Part shown: in pieces, positions 23,199-32,701 of the stretch
Numbering within the stretch: the first letter of the stretch is position 1
How the letters are laid out: each line of letters starts with the position of its first letter
Assembly (NCBI GenBank): GCA_963840035.1
Contig: CAWIXE010000003.1
Span: 1-64,000 of the forward strand
Direction of reading: 5' to 3'
Source: a candidate division FCPU426 bacterium
GTDB taxonomy: Bacteria > Oederibacteriota > PGYV01 > Palsa-1178
DNA length: 64,000 nucleotides
Notes under the pieces: generated by a model
The model's input: only the letters and a program-made list of their open reading frames with translations
Database searches by the model: none
Told to the model about the DNA's origin: nothing
Made by a program: the position numbers and the translations under genes

Positions 23199-23462
23199 GC
23201 CCGTGGGCCGGCCTCCCCTAAGCATGGCCTGTACCGAAGGTAAGCTCTGGTACAGGGTGATGAGCTAAAAAACCCGGCTCCGGGAAAAAACCCCGGGGCC
23301 GGGAAACGCGGAACATCTGGATTCATGTTTTTGTGACAGCTGATGAAATGTTGTAAATACGCAAGGGCGTAAAAATCTTTTGCCGGGGAAAACATGGGCC
23401 CGGCGGAAAGGGAGGGATCATTTACCATGACAAACGGCGCGGGAGGGGAGGAATTAACAGAC

Positions 23463-23786
23463 ATGAGGGCAAATAACAGGGTGGAACATTACGAAAAAGT
23501 TTCCTGCAGGATATTGTTCAACTCAAAAATTGAGCAAACGGAAGGTTTTATCACGGTAATGACAAAGAACGTCTCAAGGGAAGGGCTTTGCTTTTTATTG
23601 CCTTTACAGCTTCAGGAAGACTCCGTTCTCATGCTTAAAATAGGCGGGGATGCGCAGGCGATAAATGCCGCGTGCGAAGTGCGCTGGTGCAATAGAATCC
23701 GGGATTTTTTTTATGAGGCAGGAGTCAGCTTTTTGATGATTGACGGTAAAGCCGCCGGATACCTGGAAGACCGGGTCAGAGGATAA
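23463..23786 (+). CDS. PilZ domain protein
   Basis: RxxxR (RANNR) and NxSxxG (NVSREG) motifs, EVRWC, YEAGVSF; GGAGG RBS. Confidence 0.8.
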   Translation: MRANNRVEHYEKVSCRILFNSKIEQTEGFITVMTKNVSREGLCFLLPLQLQEDSVLMLKIGGDAQAINAACEVRWCNRIRDFFYEAGVSFLMIDGKAAGYLEDRVRG

Positions 23787-23819
23787 GCCCGATAAAAATA
23801 TTAAAAGACGAGGTGGAAA

Positions 23820-24797
23820 ATGTTTGCCAAAAGACAGGCCCTGGTTTTGTGCATAATGCTTTTTTCGGTTGTGGCCTCGTATGCCTCCGAATACGCGGGT
23901 GAGTTTTTATCAATAGGCGTGGGCGCAAGGGCGCTTGGAATGGGAGGCGCTTTTACGGCCGTGGCGGATGACGCGTCCGCGGTTTACTGGAACCCGGCCG
24001 GCATGGTGGAAGTCAAAGACGTGGAAGTCTCAAGCGTAAAACTCATCAGCCAGTCCGAAATTGACTCGAATTATATGTATTTGAGCCTTGCCTATAATGC
24101 CGGAAAAGAAACAGGGGCGTTTGGCGCGAGTTTTTTGAGCCAGTCGTTCAACAATATAATGTTAACAGACACCCAGGGCAACCAGGTGGGAGGGCTTAAG
24201 GGCGCCGGAGACAATACCGCGTATTTGTCTTACGCGAGAAAAATAACGGGCTGGCTTTCCGCGGGGCTGACCGTAAAGGCGCTTTTCGGCAACTATCCGA
24301 CCGGCAGCGGCTCAACCGGATATGCGGGTTTCGGCGGGGATGCCGGCGTGGTGGTTGATTGCGGGGAGATTTCAAGTGTTTTAAAGGGGTTAAAAGCAGC
24401 CGTAAACGCGCAGGATATTTATACCGCCATGTACTGGGGATCGGGAGACGGCATAACAGGCGGTGAGGAAAGGATTTGGGTTAACATAAAATCAGGCATC
24501 GAGTATGCCCCGTTTGCGGATCCGCTGAAAGGGCTGAACAGCAGTGTGGTAATTGCGGCGGATTACGACACGAAATACAACGGCGAATACCATTTAGGCG
24601 GCGAATACACATGGAACGATATGATAGCCCTGCGCGGAGGGGTAAAAGGGTATTTAAAATCAGGCGCAACGCCGGGACAGGACGGGGAATGGAGCGTCGG
24701 GGCCGGCATAAAATGGTATTTTATAGGGATTGATTACGCGTTTGTAAACAGCGGGATGTCGCCTTTGCAATATATATCTATTTCGGGGAGGTTTTAG
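23820..24797 (+). CDS. PorV/PorQ-family outer-membrane beta-barrel
   Basis: Signal peptide; FLSIGVGARALGMGGAFTAVADDASAVYWNPAG; terminal IDYAF..ISISGRF. Confidence 0.85.
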   Translation: MFAKRQALVLCIMLFSVVASYASEYAGEFLSIGVGARALGMGGAFTAVADDASAVYWNPAGMVEVKDVEVSSVKLISQSEIDSNYMYLSLAYNAGKETGAFGASFLSQSFNNIMLTDTQGNQVGGLKGAGDNTAYLSYARKITGWLSAGLTVKALFGNYPTGSGSTGYAGFGGDAGVVVDCGEISSVLKGLKAAVNAQDIYTAMYWGSGDGITGGEERIWVNIKSGIEYAPFADPLKGLNSSVVIAADYDTKYNGEYHLGGEYTWNDMIALRGGVKGYLKSGATPGQDGEWSVGAGIKWYFIGIDYAFVNSGMSPLQYISISGRF

Positions 24798-25007
24798 CGT
24801 GATGAAAGGAAAAAAGCGGATAAAATGAGGAAAAGAAAAGATACGATGCGGGTTGCGGTTGACGGGAAGCTGGAAATAATACAGTCGGACGGGGCCGCCG
24901 GGTGCGGTGCCACGGAGCGTTTGATTAGCTGGAATTTATACGCAGAATGGTTTATACTATGGTTGGCATCTATTGCTGTTAAAAGACTGCCAAAGGAAAA
25001 AGGCGCA

Positions 25008-25337
25008 ATGAAAAAAGAACGGTCTTTAATCCGAGCGTGTTATTTTAGGACTGCCGTTATGACCGTTGTGTTTTTTCTTTTCACTGCGGCGTATTTCAAT
25101 GTTTACGCGGCTGAAACTTACACGCCGACATGCCCCCGGACTGCAACCCCGACAGTTACCCCGACGTATTGCGGCAATATACTGAAAGTATGCCCGAGCG
25201 GTGCGTGCGGCGGCTATACAACTCTTGTCGCGGCATACGCCGCGGCTTCCAACCCTTGCGATATAATAGAACTGTGGGAGGAACAGGGGAAAATCGATTT
25301 CTATGTACCTCTTAAAAAAAGATTCCGGCATGACTAA
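25008..25337 (+). pseudogene. Truncated secreted-protein N-terminus (signal peptide, T/P linker, beta-helix cap)
   Basis: ..FNVYA-AETYTPT..ILKVCPSGACGGYTTLVAAYAAASNPCDIIEL, then an early stop 18 nt before the next gene. Confidence 0.5.
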
Positions 25338-25354
25338 CTTTAGGAGAAGGAAAG

Positions 25355-28300
25355 ATGAATAACAACCATCCAAGCATCAAACAGGTGTTAGTGGCTGCGT
25401 TGCTACTTTTTGGAATTTGCGCAATGCCCGGCCAGGGCCTTTTTGGAGCCACGCTTTGCTGGCCAGGGACGACGGTAGATGTCAATCCCGGAGACAACAT
25501 TCAAACCGCTATTAATACCGCACAGTTAAATGCAGGTACGGTGCGTATTCATGCGGGCACATATAATGTAAGCAGCTTAAGCATTAACAAGCCGGTGCGC
25601 CTTCTTGGTGACGGGCCGGCAACTACTATAATAAACATTACGGGGACTATTACCGTTTCTTATTCTTATGGTGACATACTTGAATGTACAGGGCTTAAAT
25701 TTGTCGGCACAGGGAGCAATTGTTGCTGGACCATAGCAACCGGAACAATATGTTTTAAGAGTGATTATTTCCAATACTTCGGAAGTTATGGGTTCATGAA
25801 AAGTGAAGGGGGCATACTTGATGGTGTTGTTTCAAACTGCGTAATTGACAGATGTTCTGCCGCTCCATATGCCGACTTTTTAATCAGGGGTCCGGATACA
25901 CAGGTCAATTTTGACATTCCAACGGTAAGCCAGTCTTCTGCCATTACAGCTGTGGTCGGGCCGCATAGTACATTAACGAATGCGTTATTCTTTGAAGACT
26001 GTATATTCCATTTAGAGAATGGGTATGGTCCCGTTGCTGGCGTGGGTGGTGGATCAAGAATTGTTTATAGAAGGAATGAGTTCTACCAATATGGACTTGT
26101 TGACAAAATTCTTGAGGCCCATGGTGATCAGCTCTCGAGTACGGTAGGAACAAGGCTTACTATATGTTATGACAATTTATTTGACGGGACAGCAACCAAT
26201 AACGATTGGCAGCAGGGGTTATTGTTATTAGGAGGTACCGCCATCATCGAAAATAACAGGTTTGTTAATGTTTATACATGCGCAACGCTGGCAACGATCG
26301 AGCCCGGCAGCGACAATTCCTCAACATATTTGCGTGCATTTTTTAATGGGAATACCCGCGATGGTTCCCCAATGGATGCCGGTGGAAATGGCATAGAGCA
26401 AACCTATACCGGCGGAACTTATACACATGGTTATGCGCCTGAAGCGCCTACCGGCATACAATATGTGCTTCCTGATCCCCATCCCTTACTTGTATCGTGT
26501 CAGCCTGCGGGCGCGCTGCAGGTTTCAAATTACGACCTCATGCCCGCGTCCGTTTCGACTGGACAGCAGGATTTGTATGCCGTTATGTTCACCATTAACA
26601 ACCCGTCTGCCGACACAGCATTGATAAAAGGCGTCACACTTACGGTCAGGGATTCGCTGTCCGCGGGCGTCATTGCCTCGTCCGCGATGTCCATGCTCGG
26701 GATAAGGGACGAGGTATCTTATTATTACAACGCGGCCGCGCCGGTGTCGCCAAACGTGTTTTGCCCGGTGCCTGCCGGGATCCTGGTAGGGCCGTATTCG
26801 TCGAAGAACATTTACGCTGTCGCGGACATCACCGGGAATACGATCGCCAGGGCGCAGGAGTTCAGTATCGAGATAAGCTCCGCGGCCGGCATCAGGGCTG
26901 AGGATATTCTGACAGGCAACACCCTGCCGGTATCGGCCTCAGCCGGTTATGTGTTCCCGATCGGGTCGTCTGTTGCGGTCATACAGAACCGGGCAACGGA
27001 ACTCACGCTCACGCATATCGATACCATGCCCGCGTCGGTCTCGACCGGCCAGGTGAACGTGAAGGCAATGGGACTTGTGATGAACGACATCGGGAACACG
27101 ATGACCGCCAGCATCAAGGTCTCGCGCGTGAGCATAGAAGCGAGGGACGCGGCCGGGAACCCCATAGCGTCGCAGAACGCGTTCAAGAAGATAAAGATAA
27201 CGAGCGCGGACGGAGCTTTCGTCTACGGCGAGTCGGCAGCTTCCGGGTCGAGCAAGCTGACGATCCTGCTGACCGCGCCGCTCATAGTCCCGTCCACCCA
27301 GGCATTTACTTGCACAGTGCGGGTAGACGTGTCCGATACGCTTGCGGCCAGCGCAGGAAGGGTGAGCCTGAACCTCGGCAATGACATTTACGCGGTGGAC
27401 GCGAACTCATCCGAACCCGTTATCGTGACCTCTATTTCGCCCTTTCCCAAGCAGTCGGGCGCGGCTGTCATACAGGAAAGGGTGAGCGACATAAACCTGG
27501 ATAATTTCACGGCGCTGCTACCGCCTGGCGTTGTAAAAGGGCAGAAATGGGTCGAGATTTTTGATTTCCGTATTTATGACACACTCGGGCCGCAGAGTGC
27601 GCAGGCGTATTTTAATTCGCTGACAATAACGGTGAAGAACAGCCTTGGCGCGGCCGCGCCTTCGAACGCGTCGGTAGAAAAATTTTATATAACTGATAAT
27701 GCCGGAAACACGCTCGGAAGCGCCCTGACAGGGGTAGGAAGCGAAACTTATATTGCGCTTTCATCGCCCCATGTTTTTACTTCAGGCTTGGCCCGGTATT
27801 TCAGATTATTTGCCGACATACTGCCGACAGCGTACGCGCCGAATTTCAAAGTTGCGCTGCAGGCCGCCGGGAATATCTCAATAACCGACGCCAATTCCGG
27901 CTATGAAGCCGCGAAAATCGCCGCCCCGCCGCTGCCGTGGGAGACAGGGAGCGCCGGGATATTCATTGCGCCCGCGACCGACCTTAAAGCCTGGCACAAC
28001 GGCAATGTGGCCCCCACAATGGCGGGCATGGGACAACCTGACGTGAAGTTTATGACCCTGCACGCGTTCAACCCGGGGTACATAGGGACAGCGGACATTA
28101 TGATTAAAGGCCTGACCCTGACCGTGGTTGACGCGGGCAACAGTCTGATCGCGCCGTCAACCGTTCTCGAGAACGTGCATGTCACGAATATAGCGGGCGA
28201 TATTATCCACGCAAATTATTACGCGGTTTCCGCCACGGCGGCGGCGCCGTTTTACGTGGATTTTTCTACGCCGATCTTTGTGGACGCCTTAAACACGAAG

Positions 28301-29254
28301 AACGCCTATATATCGGGCGACATCGCGCTTAACGCCGCGCAGGGGGTATACAGGGTAAGGATAAGCGCGGCCGGCGATTATGACCGATTAAGTGTGCCCG
28401 CGGGTTATGTGACAGCAACCGCGGCGAATGCCGATTCGTTCCCCATGGATTCAAACCCCGTGACCATAACCGCGCTTGCCTATAATTTCAAGGCAGGGCA
28501 TAGGGACTTAATGCCTGTATCCGTAGCCGAGGGCAGTTTGGGCGTTATCGCGCTCTCCATAAATTTTGAAAATTATAACGTGGTGCCTATCGAGGTCACG
28601 TCGCTCGCGGTTTCGGTAAGGAACTGCGCCGGAGAATTGATAGCGGCAAACAGTGTGATAAGCGCGATAACAATCCTTGACAGGGATAACAATACAATCG
28701 CGGCAGCAACGCCGGGCGCGTCGGGCAGGATAAACATAAGCACGTTCAGTTTCAATGTCCCGTCGGGCGCTGAAAAAGAAATGAAGTTCAGCGTGGACCT
28801 GTTAAGCGCCGCTTCCGTGCCTTTTTACATGGAGCTTGAATCAGGCTCCGACGTGTCAACGCTCCCGCTCGCGGGGGTCAATCCAGCTGACGGGGATTTT
28901 TTCGGCAACATGAAATCAGGATGCGTTTCAATACAGCAAAAATCGTTTGAAAAATCTTTCCACGCTTTCCCGAACCCGTTTGACCCGCGTGCCGGACCTG
29001 CCTACATTGAATACTACGCGGAAAAAGATTCCCGTGTGACAATAAAAATTTACACGATGAACGGCGAGCTCGTACGGGTAATTGCGGATAACCTTGTTAA
29101 GTTTTCGGGCTTGCACCACGAAGATTACTGGCCTGGTACGAATGCGGCAGGCAGGGACGTAAAGTCAGGGGTTTACCTCTGCGTGATTGAGGCCGTGCCT
29201 TCTGACGGGAGCCCGGCGGTAAAGCTCAAGTGCAAAGTGGTGGTGCTGAGGTGA
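25355..29254 (+). CDS. Large secreted protein: parallel beta-helix N-domain, five ~162-167-aa repeats, FlgD-Ig/T9SS-like CTD
   Basis: VNPGDNIQTAINTA..GTVRIHAGTY beta-helix cap; repeats start at 26540, 27026, 27518, 28010 and 28511 (MPASVSTGQ-like); CTD AFPNPFDP..IKIYTMNGELVR..SGVYLCVI. Confidence 0.8.
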   Translation: MNNNHPSIKQVLVAALLLFGICAMPGQGLFGATLCWPGTTVDVNPGDNIQTAINTAQLNAGTVRIHAGTYNVSSLSINKPVRLLGDGPATTIINITGTITVSYSYGDILECTGLKFVGTGSNCCWTIATGTICFKSDYFQYFGSYGFMKSEGGILDGVVSNCVIDRCSAAPYADFLIRGPDTQVNFDIPTVSQSSAITAVVGPHSTLTNALFFEDCIFHLENGYGPVAGVGGGSRIVYRRNEFYQYGLVDKILEAHGDQLSSTVGTRLTICYDNLFDGTATNNDWQQGLLLLGGTAIIENNRFVNVYTCATLATIEPGSDNSSTYLRAFFNGNTRDGSPMDAGGNGIEQTYTGGTYTHGYAPEAPTGIQYVLPDPHPLLVSCQPAGALQVSNYDLMPASVSTGQQDLYAVMFTINNPSADTALIKGVTLTVRDSLSAGVIASSAMSMLGIRDEVSYYYNAAAPVSPNVFCPVPAGILVGPYSSKNIYAVADITGNTIARAQEFSIEISSAAGIRAEDILTGNTLPVSASAGYVFPIGSSVAVIQNRATELTLTHIDTMPASVSTGQVNVKAMGLVMNDIGNTMTASIKVSRVSIEARDAAGNPIASQNAFKKIKITSADGAFVYGESAASGSSKLTILLTAPLIVPSTQAFTCTVRVDVSDTLAASAGRVSLNLGNDIYAVDANSSEPVIVTSISPFPKQSGAAVIQERVSDINLDNFTALLPPGVVKGQKWVEIFDFRIYDTLGPQSAQAYFNSLTITVKNSLGAAAPSNASVEKFYITDNAGNTLGSALTGVGSETYIALSSPHVFTSGLARYFRLFADILPTAYAPNFKVALQAAGNISITDANSGYEAAKIAAPPLPWETGSAGIFIAPATDLKAWHNGNVAPTMAGMGQPDVKFMTLHAFNPGYIGTADIMIKGLTLTVVDAGNSLIAPSTVLENVHVTNIAGDIIHANYYAVSATAAAPFYVDFSTPIFVDALNTKNAYISGDIALNAAQGVYRVRISAAGDYDRLSVPAGYVTATAANADSFPMDSNPVTITALAYNFKAGHRDLMPVSVAEGSLGVIALSINFENYNVVPIEVTSLAVSVRNCAGELIAANSVISAITILDRDNNTIAAATPGASGRINISTFSFNVPSGAEKEMKFSVDLLSAASVPFYMELESGSDVSTLPLAGVNPADGDFFGNMKSGCVSIQQKSFEKSFHAFPNPFDPRAGPAYIEYYAEKDSRVTIKIYTMNGELVRVIADNLVKFSGLHHEDYWPGTNAAGRDVKSGVYLCVIEAVPSDGSPAVKLKCKVVVLR

Positions 29255-30804
29255 AATCACTAATTAGTAATTACAAATTACTAATATGCCCGGCTTTATT
29301 GTTCCTGGTTCCGGCAGCGCTCGCCTACCAGGGCGATTACGGCACCGAGAGTATTTTCATGTCGGGTGCGGGAGCAAGGCCTGACGCCATGGGCAGGGCA
29401 TACACGGCAATGGCCGGCGATTTATCCTCTTCTTTTTACAACCCCGCGGGATTGGCTCTCCTGGAAAAACAATCTGCCATGTTCCTGCATTACCCTATGT
29501 ACGAAAACGCGATTTACGATTCGGTTTCATACGGCATACCGTTGCTTGATTTCGGCGCGATAAGCGCGGTTTTTATTAGGTTTTATTCGGGGGATATCCC
29601 GGGATACGACATTACCGACAAATCTACGGGTTTTTTCAGTTCCGACGAATACAAGGCCACTGTTTCATATGCAAAAAACATTTCACCCGGGCTTTACGCG
29701 GGCGTGAGTGTTAACGTTTTCAGCTCGAACATTTCTGATTTTAATACAACCGGCTTCGGCGCGGACGCGGGAGTGCTTTACGAGCCATTCCCGTTTTTGC
29801 GGGCGGGGCTGTGCGTACAGAATTTGATAAAGCCTTCTTTTACCATGAAAAACAGCAAGGAAGGCCTGCCGCAGAGGTATATACTGGGGCTCCTCGGCAA
29901 ATACTCCGCTTTCGGGTTTAAATTCAGCGCCGCGTCTGATTTCATTTTTGGTGAGAACGAGTCTTTCAAGAACCGGTCGGGGCTTGAAATATGCTGGCTG
30001 AGTTTCTCAAGCGCGCGCGTGGGTTATGATGACGGCAGGCTGTGCTTTGGCGGTGGCCTGTCCCTGCTGGGTGCAGACATGGACTATGCTTTCATCGCAG
30101 GCAATTATGCCGGCGGCCTGCACAGGTTTACGTTGTCGTATAATTTCGGCCAGACACTGAGCGAGCAAAAAAAGGCGCGCAGGCAGGCCATGCTGGAAGA
30201 GGTCAGGAAACTCGTGGATGAAAAAATGGCGGCAAAGACTGCGGAAAAGTCAGCGGAATATTATAAAAAGGCATACGCGCTTTACATGTCCGGCGATCTG
30301 GAAGCCGCGCTTGTAGAGGCTGAGAAAGCGGCTGACTGGCAGCCTTCGAACGGCAATGCTGCTAAAATGAAAGTGATCCTGACGGGAAAGCTGAAGGAAA
30401 AAATTTACGCAGGAACAAAGCAGGATACAAAATCCGCAAATAATCAGTATTTTGACATGGGCGTTGATTACTATATAAGAAAGCAGTACGCGAGGGCCGC
30501 TTCCGCGTGGGAAAAGGCGCAGGAAATGGACCCTGAAAATCAGAACATAAAAAAATACCTGGCGGCGGCAAGGCGCATATTAAAGAGCGTACAGACAGGC
30601 GGAGATATTTCCGCACCACAGGCGGAAGAGGTGAAAAATTTATATTATGCGGGAATAAACGCTTATACTGCGGGAGACATTGAAAAAGCCGCGGCAATAT
30701 GGGAGGAAGCCTTAATGATCGACCCGGCCGATGTAAAGTCAGCCAGAGGCGTTGAAAAGGCAAGGATGGAGCTTGAGGAATACAAAAAAAGGGGACTGAA
30801 ATGA
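29251..30804 (+). CDS. PorV-family beta-barrel fused to C-terminal TPR repeats
   Basis: GAGARPDAMGRAYTAMAGD.SS.FYNPAGL; barrel end HRFTLSYNFG; then TPRs (YFDMGVDYY..AWEKAQEMDPEN, YYAGINAY..WEEALMIDP); GTGA overlap with the upstream gene. Confidence 0.82.
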   Translation: MKSLISNYKLLICPALLFLVPAALAYQGDYGTESIFMSGAGARPDAMGRAYTAMAGDLSSSFYNPAGLALLEKQSAMFLHYPMYENAIYDSVSYGIPLLDFGAISAVFIRFYSGDIPGYDITDKSTGFFSSDEYKATVSYAKNISPGLYAGVSVNVFSSNISDFNTTGFGADAGVLYEPFPFLRAGLCVQNLIKPSFTMKNSKEGLPQRYILGLLGKYSAFGFKFSAASDFIFGENESFKNRSGLEICWLSFSSARVGYDDGRLCFGGGLSLLGADMDYAFIAGNYAGGLHRFTLSYNFGQTLSEQKKARRQAMLEEVRKLVDEKMAAKTAEKSAEYYKKAYALYMSGDLEAALVEAEKAADWQPSNGNAAKMKVILTGKLKEKIYAGTKQDTKSANNQYFDMGVDYYIRKQYARAASAWEKAQEMDPENQNIKKYLAAARRILKSVQTGGDISAPQAEEVKNLYYAGINAYTAGDIEKAAAIWEEALMIDPADVKSARGVEKARMELEEYKKRGLK

Positions 30805-32294
30805 AAAACGCGTTCACAAGCATTAAAGGGGAAATAACAGCGGTTATTTCAATTCTTGTGCTTGCCGCGGTCCTGTCCCTGTCATATTTTGCCGTAAAGG
30901 CCCAGAGAGAGGCGCTAATGAACGCCATGGAGGCAAAAGGCGCCGAACTTGCAGTCATGGCCGCGGGCAATGCCGCGGAATTCCTGCTAGTCGGGTATGA
31001 TATTGAAACCGCAAAAATACTCAGAGAAATGGCGGATAACAAGGGGGTTAAATACGCGCTCATAACAGACGGCAAAGGAAAAATACTGGCGCATAACGAC
31101 ATGACCATGGCGGGTAAAAAGTTCAGTGTCCCGGGTCTGAAAACATCGCAAACCGCACAAAATGATCCCGTATACCGGGATGCCGCGGGCGGAAAGTTCA
31201 TAGATTTTGCAAGGCCGGTAGTATCCAGGGGCAGGATAAAGATAGGAGAGATACATATTGGCATGTCGTATGCCGTGATCGACCATGCTTTGAGGCAGGC
31301 GTACATCAGGATAGCTCTGATTACACTCGTGGTGATGGTGCTTTCCGTACTTGCTTCCGTCATTACGGCCGCCCGTTTGACCGGCCCGATAGAAGAACTG
31401 GCGGAAGGCGCATATATAGTAGGCAGGGGCAATCTCGACTACAGGATAAATATAAAAAGCAGGAACGAACTCGGCGCGCTTGCCGGGAATTTTAATTCCA
31501 TGACGATAAGCTTAAAGCAGGCGCAGGAGTCGGCGCTGGAAAAACGCGCAATGGAAAAAGAACTTGAAATAGCCAGGAAAATACAGCTGTCCCTGATACC
31601 GCAGAAAATGCCGCAAATAGAAGGATACGGGCTCTCCGCGTATTACCAGGCGGCGAAGCTGGTCGGCGGGGATTATTATGATGTGATACCGCTTGAAAAA
31701 AACAGGTTTGGATTCATCATGGCTGATGTCTCGGGGAAAGGTGTGCCGGCCGCGCTCGTCATGGCAATGGCAAGCGGGATACTCAGGGCGCAGGTGGCAA
31801 AGACGCGTGACCCGGTGGAATGCGTGGTTGGCTTTAATAATGAATTGTTTAAAAGGATAAAACAGGGGATGTTTTTAACTGTTTTTTACGGTATACTGGA
31901 TGCCGCGGAAAATACGCTTGATTTCGTGTCTGCAGCGCATAATGAGACCATAATTTTCAGGAAAAAAACGGGAAAAACAGAACTTCTGGCGCCGGACGGT
32001 TTTCCTGCAGGCATAGGAAGCGGGCCTGAAATCCTGGAGGCGAGGCTTACGGCAGTAAAGGTGCGTATTGAAACCGGCGACAAAATCATTATTTATACCG
32101 ACGGTATATTTGAGGCAATGAATGAAAGCCGCAAGCAGCTGGGCATGGAAAAATTCGTCGAAATAATTGAAAAAAACGCGGATAAAAACACGCAGCAGCT
32201 AAAGGACGCGATCATCAGCGCAGTATCGGATTTTACAAAGGGCGTGGAGCAGTTCGACGACATGGCGCTGCTTATTTTAGAGAGGATGGGTTGA
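30801..32294 (+). CDS. Membrane sensor with HAMP and SpoIIE/RsbU-type PP2C phosphatase domains
   Basis: Two TM helices, HAMP (NELGALAGNFNSM), VGGDYYD, MADVSGKGVPAAL, YTDGIFEA, QFDDMALL; ATGA overlap. Confidence 0.92.
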   Translation: MKNAFTSIKGEITAVISILVLAAVLSLSYFAVKAQREALMNAMEAKGAELAVMAAGNAAEFLLVGYDIETAKILREMADNKGVKYALITDGKGKILAHNDMTMAGKKFSVPGLKTSQTAQNDPVYRDAAGGKFIDFARPVVSRGRIKIGEIHIGMSYAVIDHALRQAYIRIALITLVVMVLSVLASVITAARLTGPIEELAEGAYIVGRGNLDYRINIKSRNELGALAGNFNSMTISLKQAQESALEKRAMEKELEIARKIQLSLIPQKMPQIEGYGLSAYYQAAKLVGGDYYDVIPLEKNRFGFIMADVSGKGVPAALVMAMASGILRAQVAKTRDPVECVVGFNNELFKRIKQGMFLTVFYGILDAAENTLDFVSAAHNETIIFRKKTGKTELLAPDGFPAGIGSGPEILEARLTAVKVRIETGDKIIIYTDGIFEAMNESRKQLGMEKFVEIIEKNADKNTQQLKDAIISAVSDFTKGVEQFDDMALLILERMG

Positions 32295-32336
32295 TCCGAG
32301 ACTAATATATTGAACCTATTTTATCAGGAGGCAAAT

Positions 32337-32678
32337 ATGAATTTCAGCATAAAAGAAACGCAAAAAGGCGTTGTTACGATCCTGGAACTTTCAGGCGGGC
32401 TGGACGCGCATTCGGCGCCGCAGCTTGATTTGAAATTAAAGGAAGCCCTCGGCCAGGGCAGGGTAAAACTTGTCATATCAATGGCCGGGCTCGACCTTAT
32501 AAGCTCCGCGGGCTGGTCCATTTTCATAGAAACAGCCATGCAGTGCAAGCAAGGCGGGGGGGATATAAGGCTCGCGGAAATGAAAAGCGACGCGGCCAAG
32601 ATTTTCAGGATCATGGGTTTGAACAGCATCCTTAAAAGTTTTGAGAGTTCTGCGGAAGCGGCGGCAAGCTTCAAGTGA
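32337..32678 (+). CDS. STAS-domain anti-sigma factor antagonist
   Basis: LSGGLDAHSAP, ISSAGW (phospho-Ser motif), IFRIMGL; AGGAGG RBS. Confidence 0.9.
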   Translation: MNFSIKETQKGVVTILELSGGLDAHSAPQLDLKLKEALGQGRVKLVISMAGLDLISSAGWSIFIETAMQCKQGGGDIRLAEMKSDAAKIFRIMGLNSILKSFESSAEAAASFK

Positions 32679-32701
32679 ACTATAGGTAAACGGAGGAAAA
32701 C

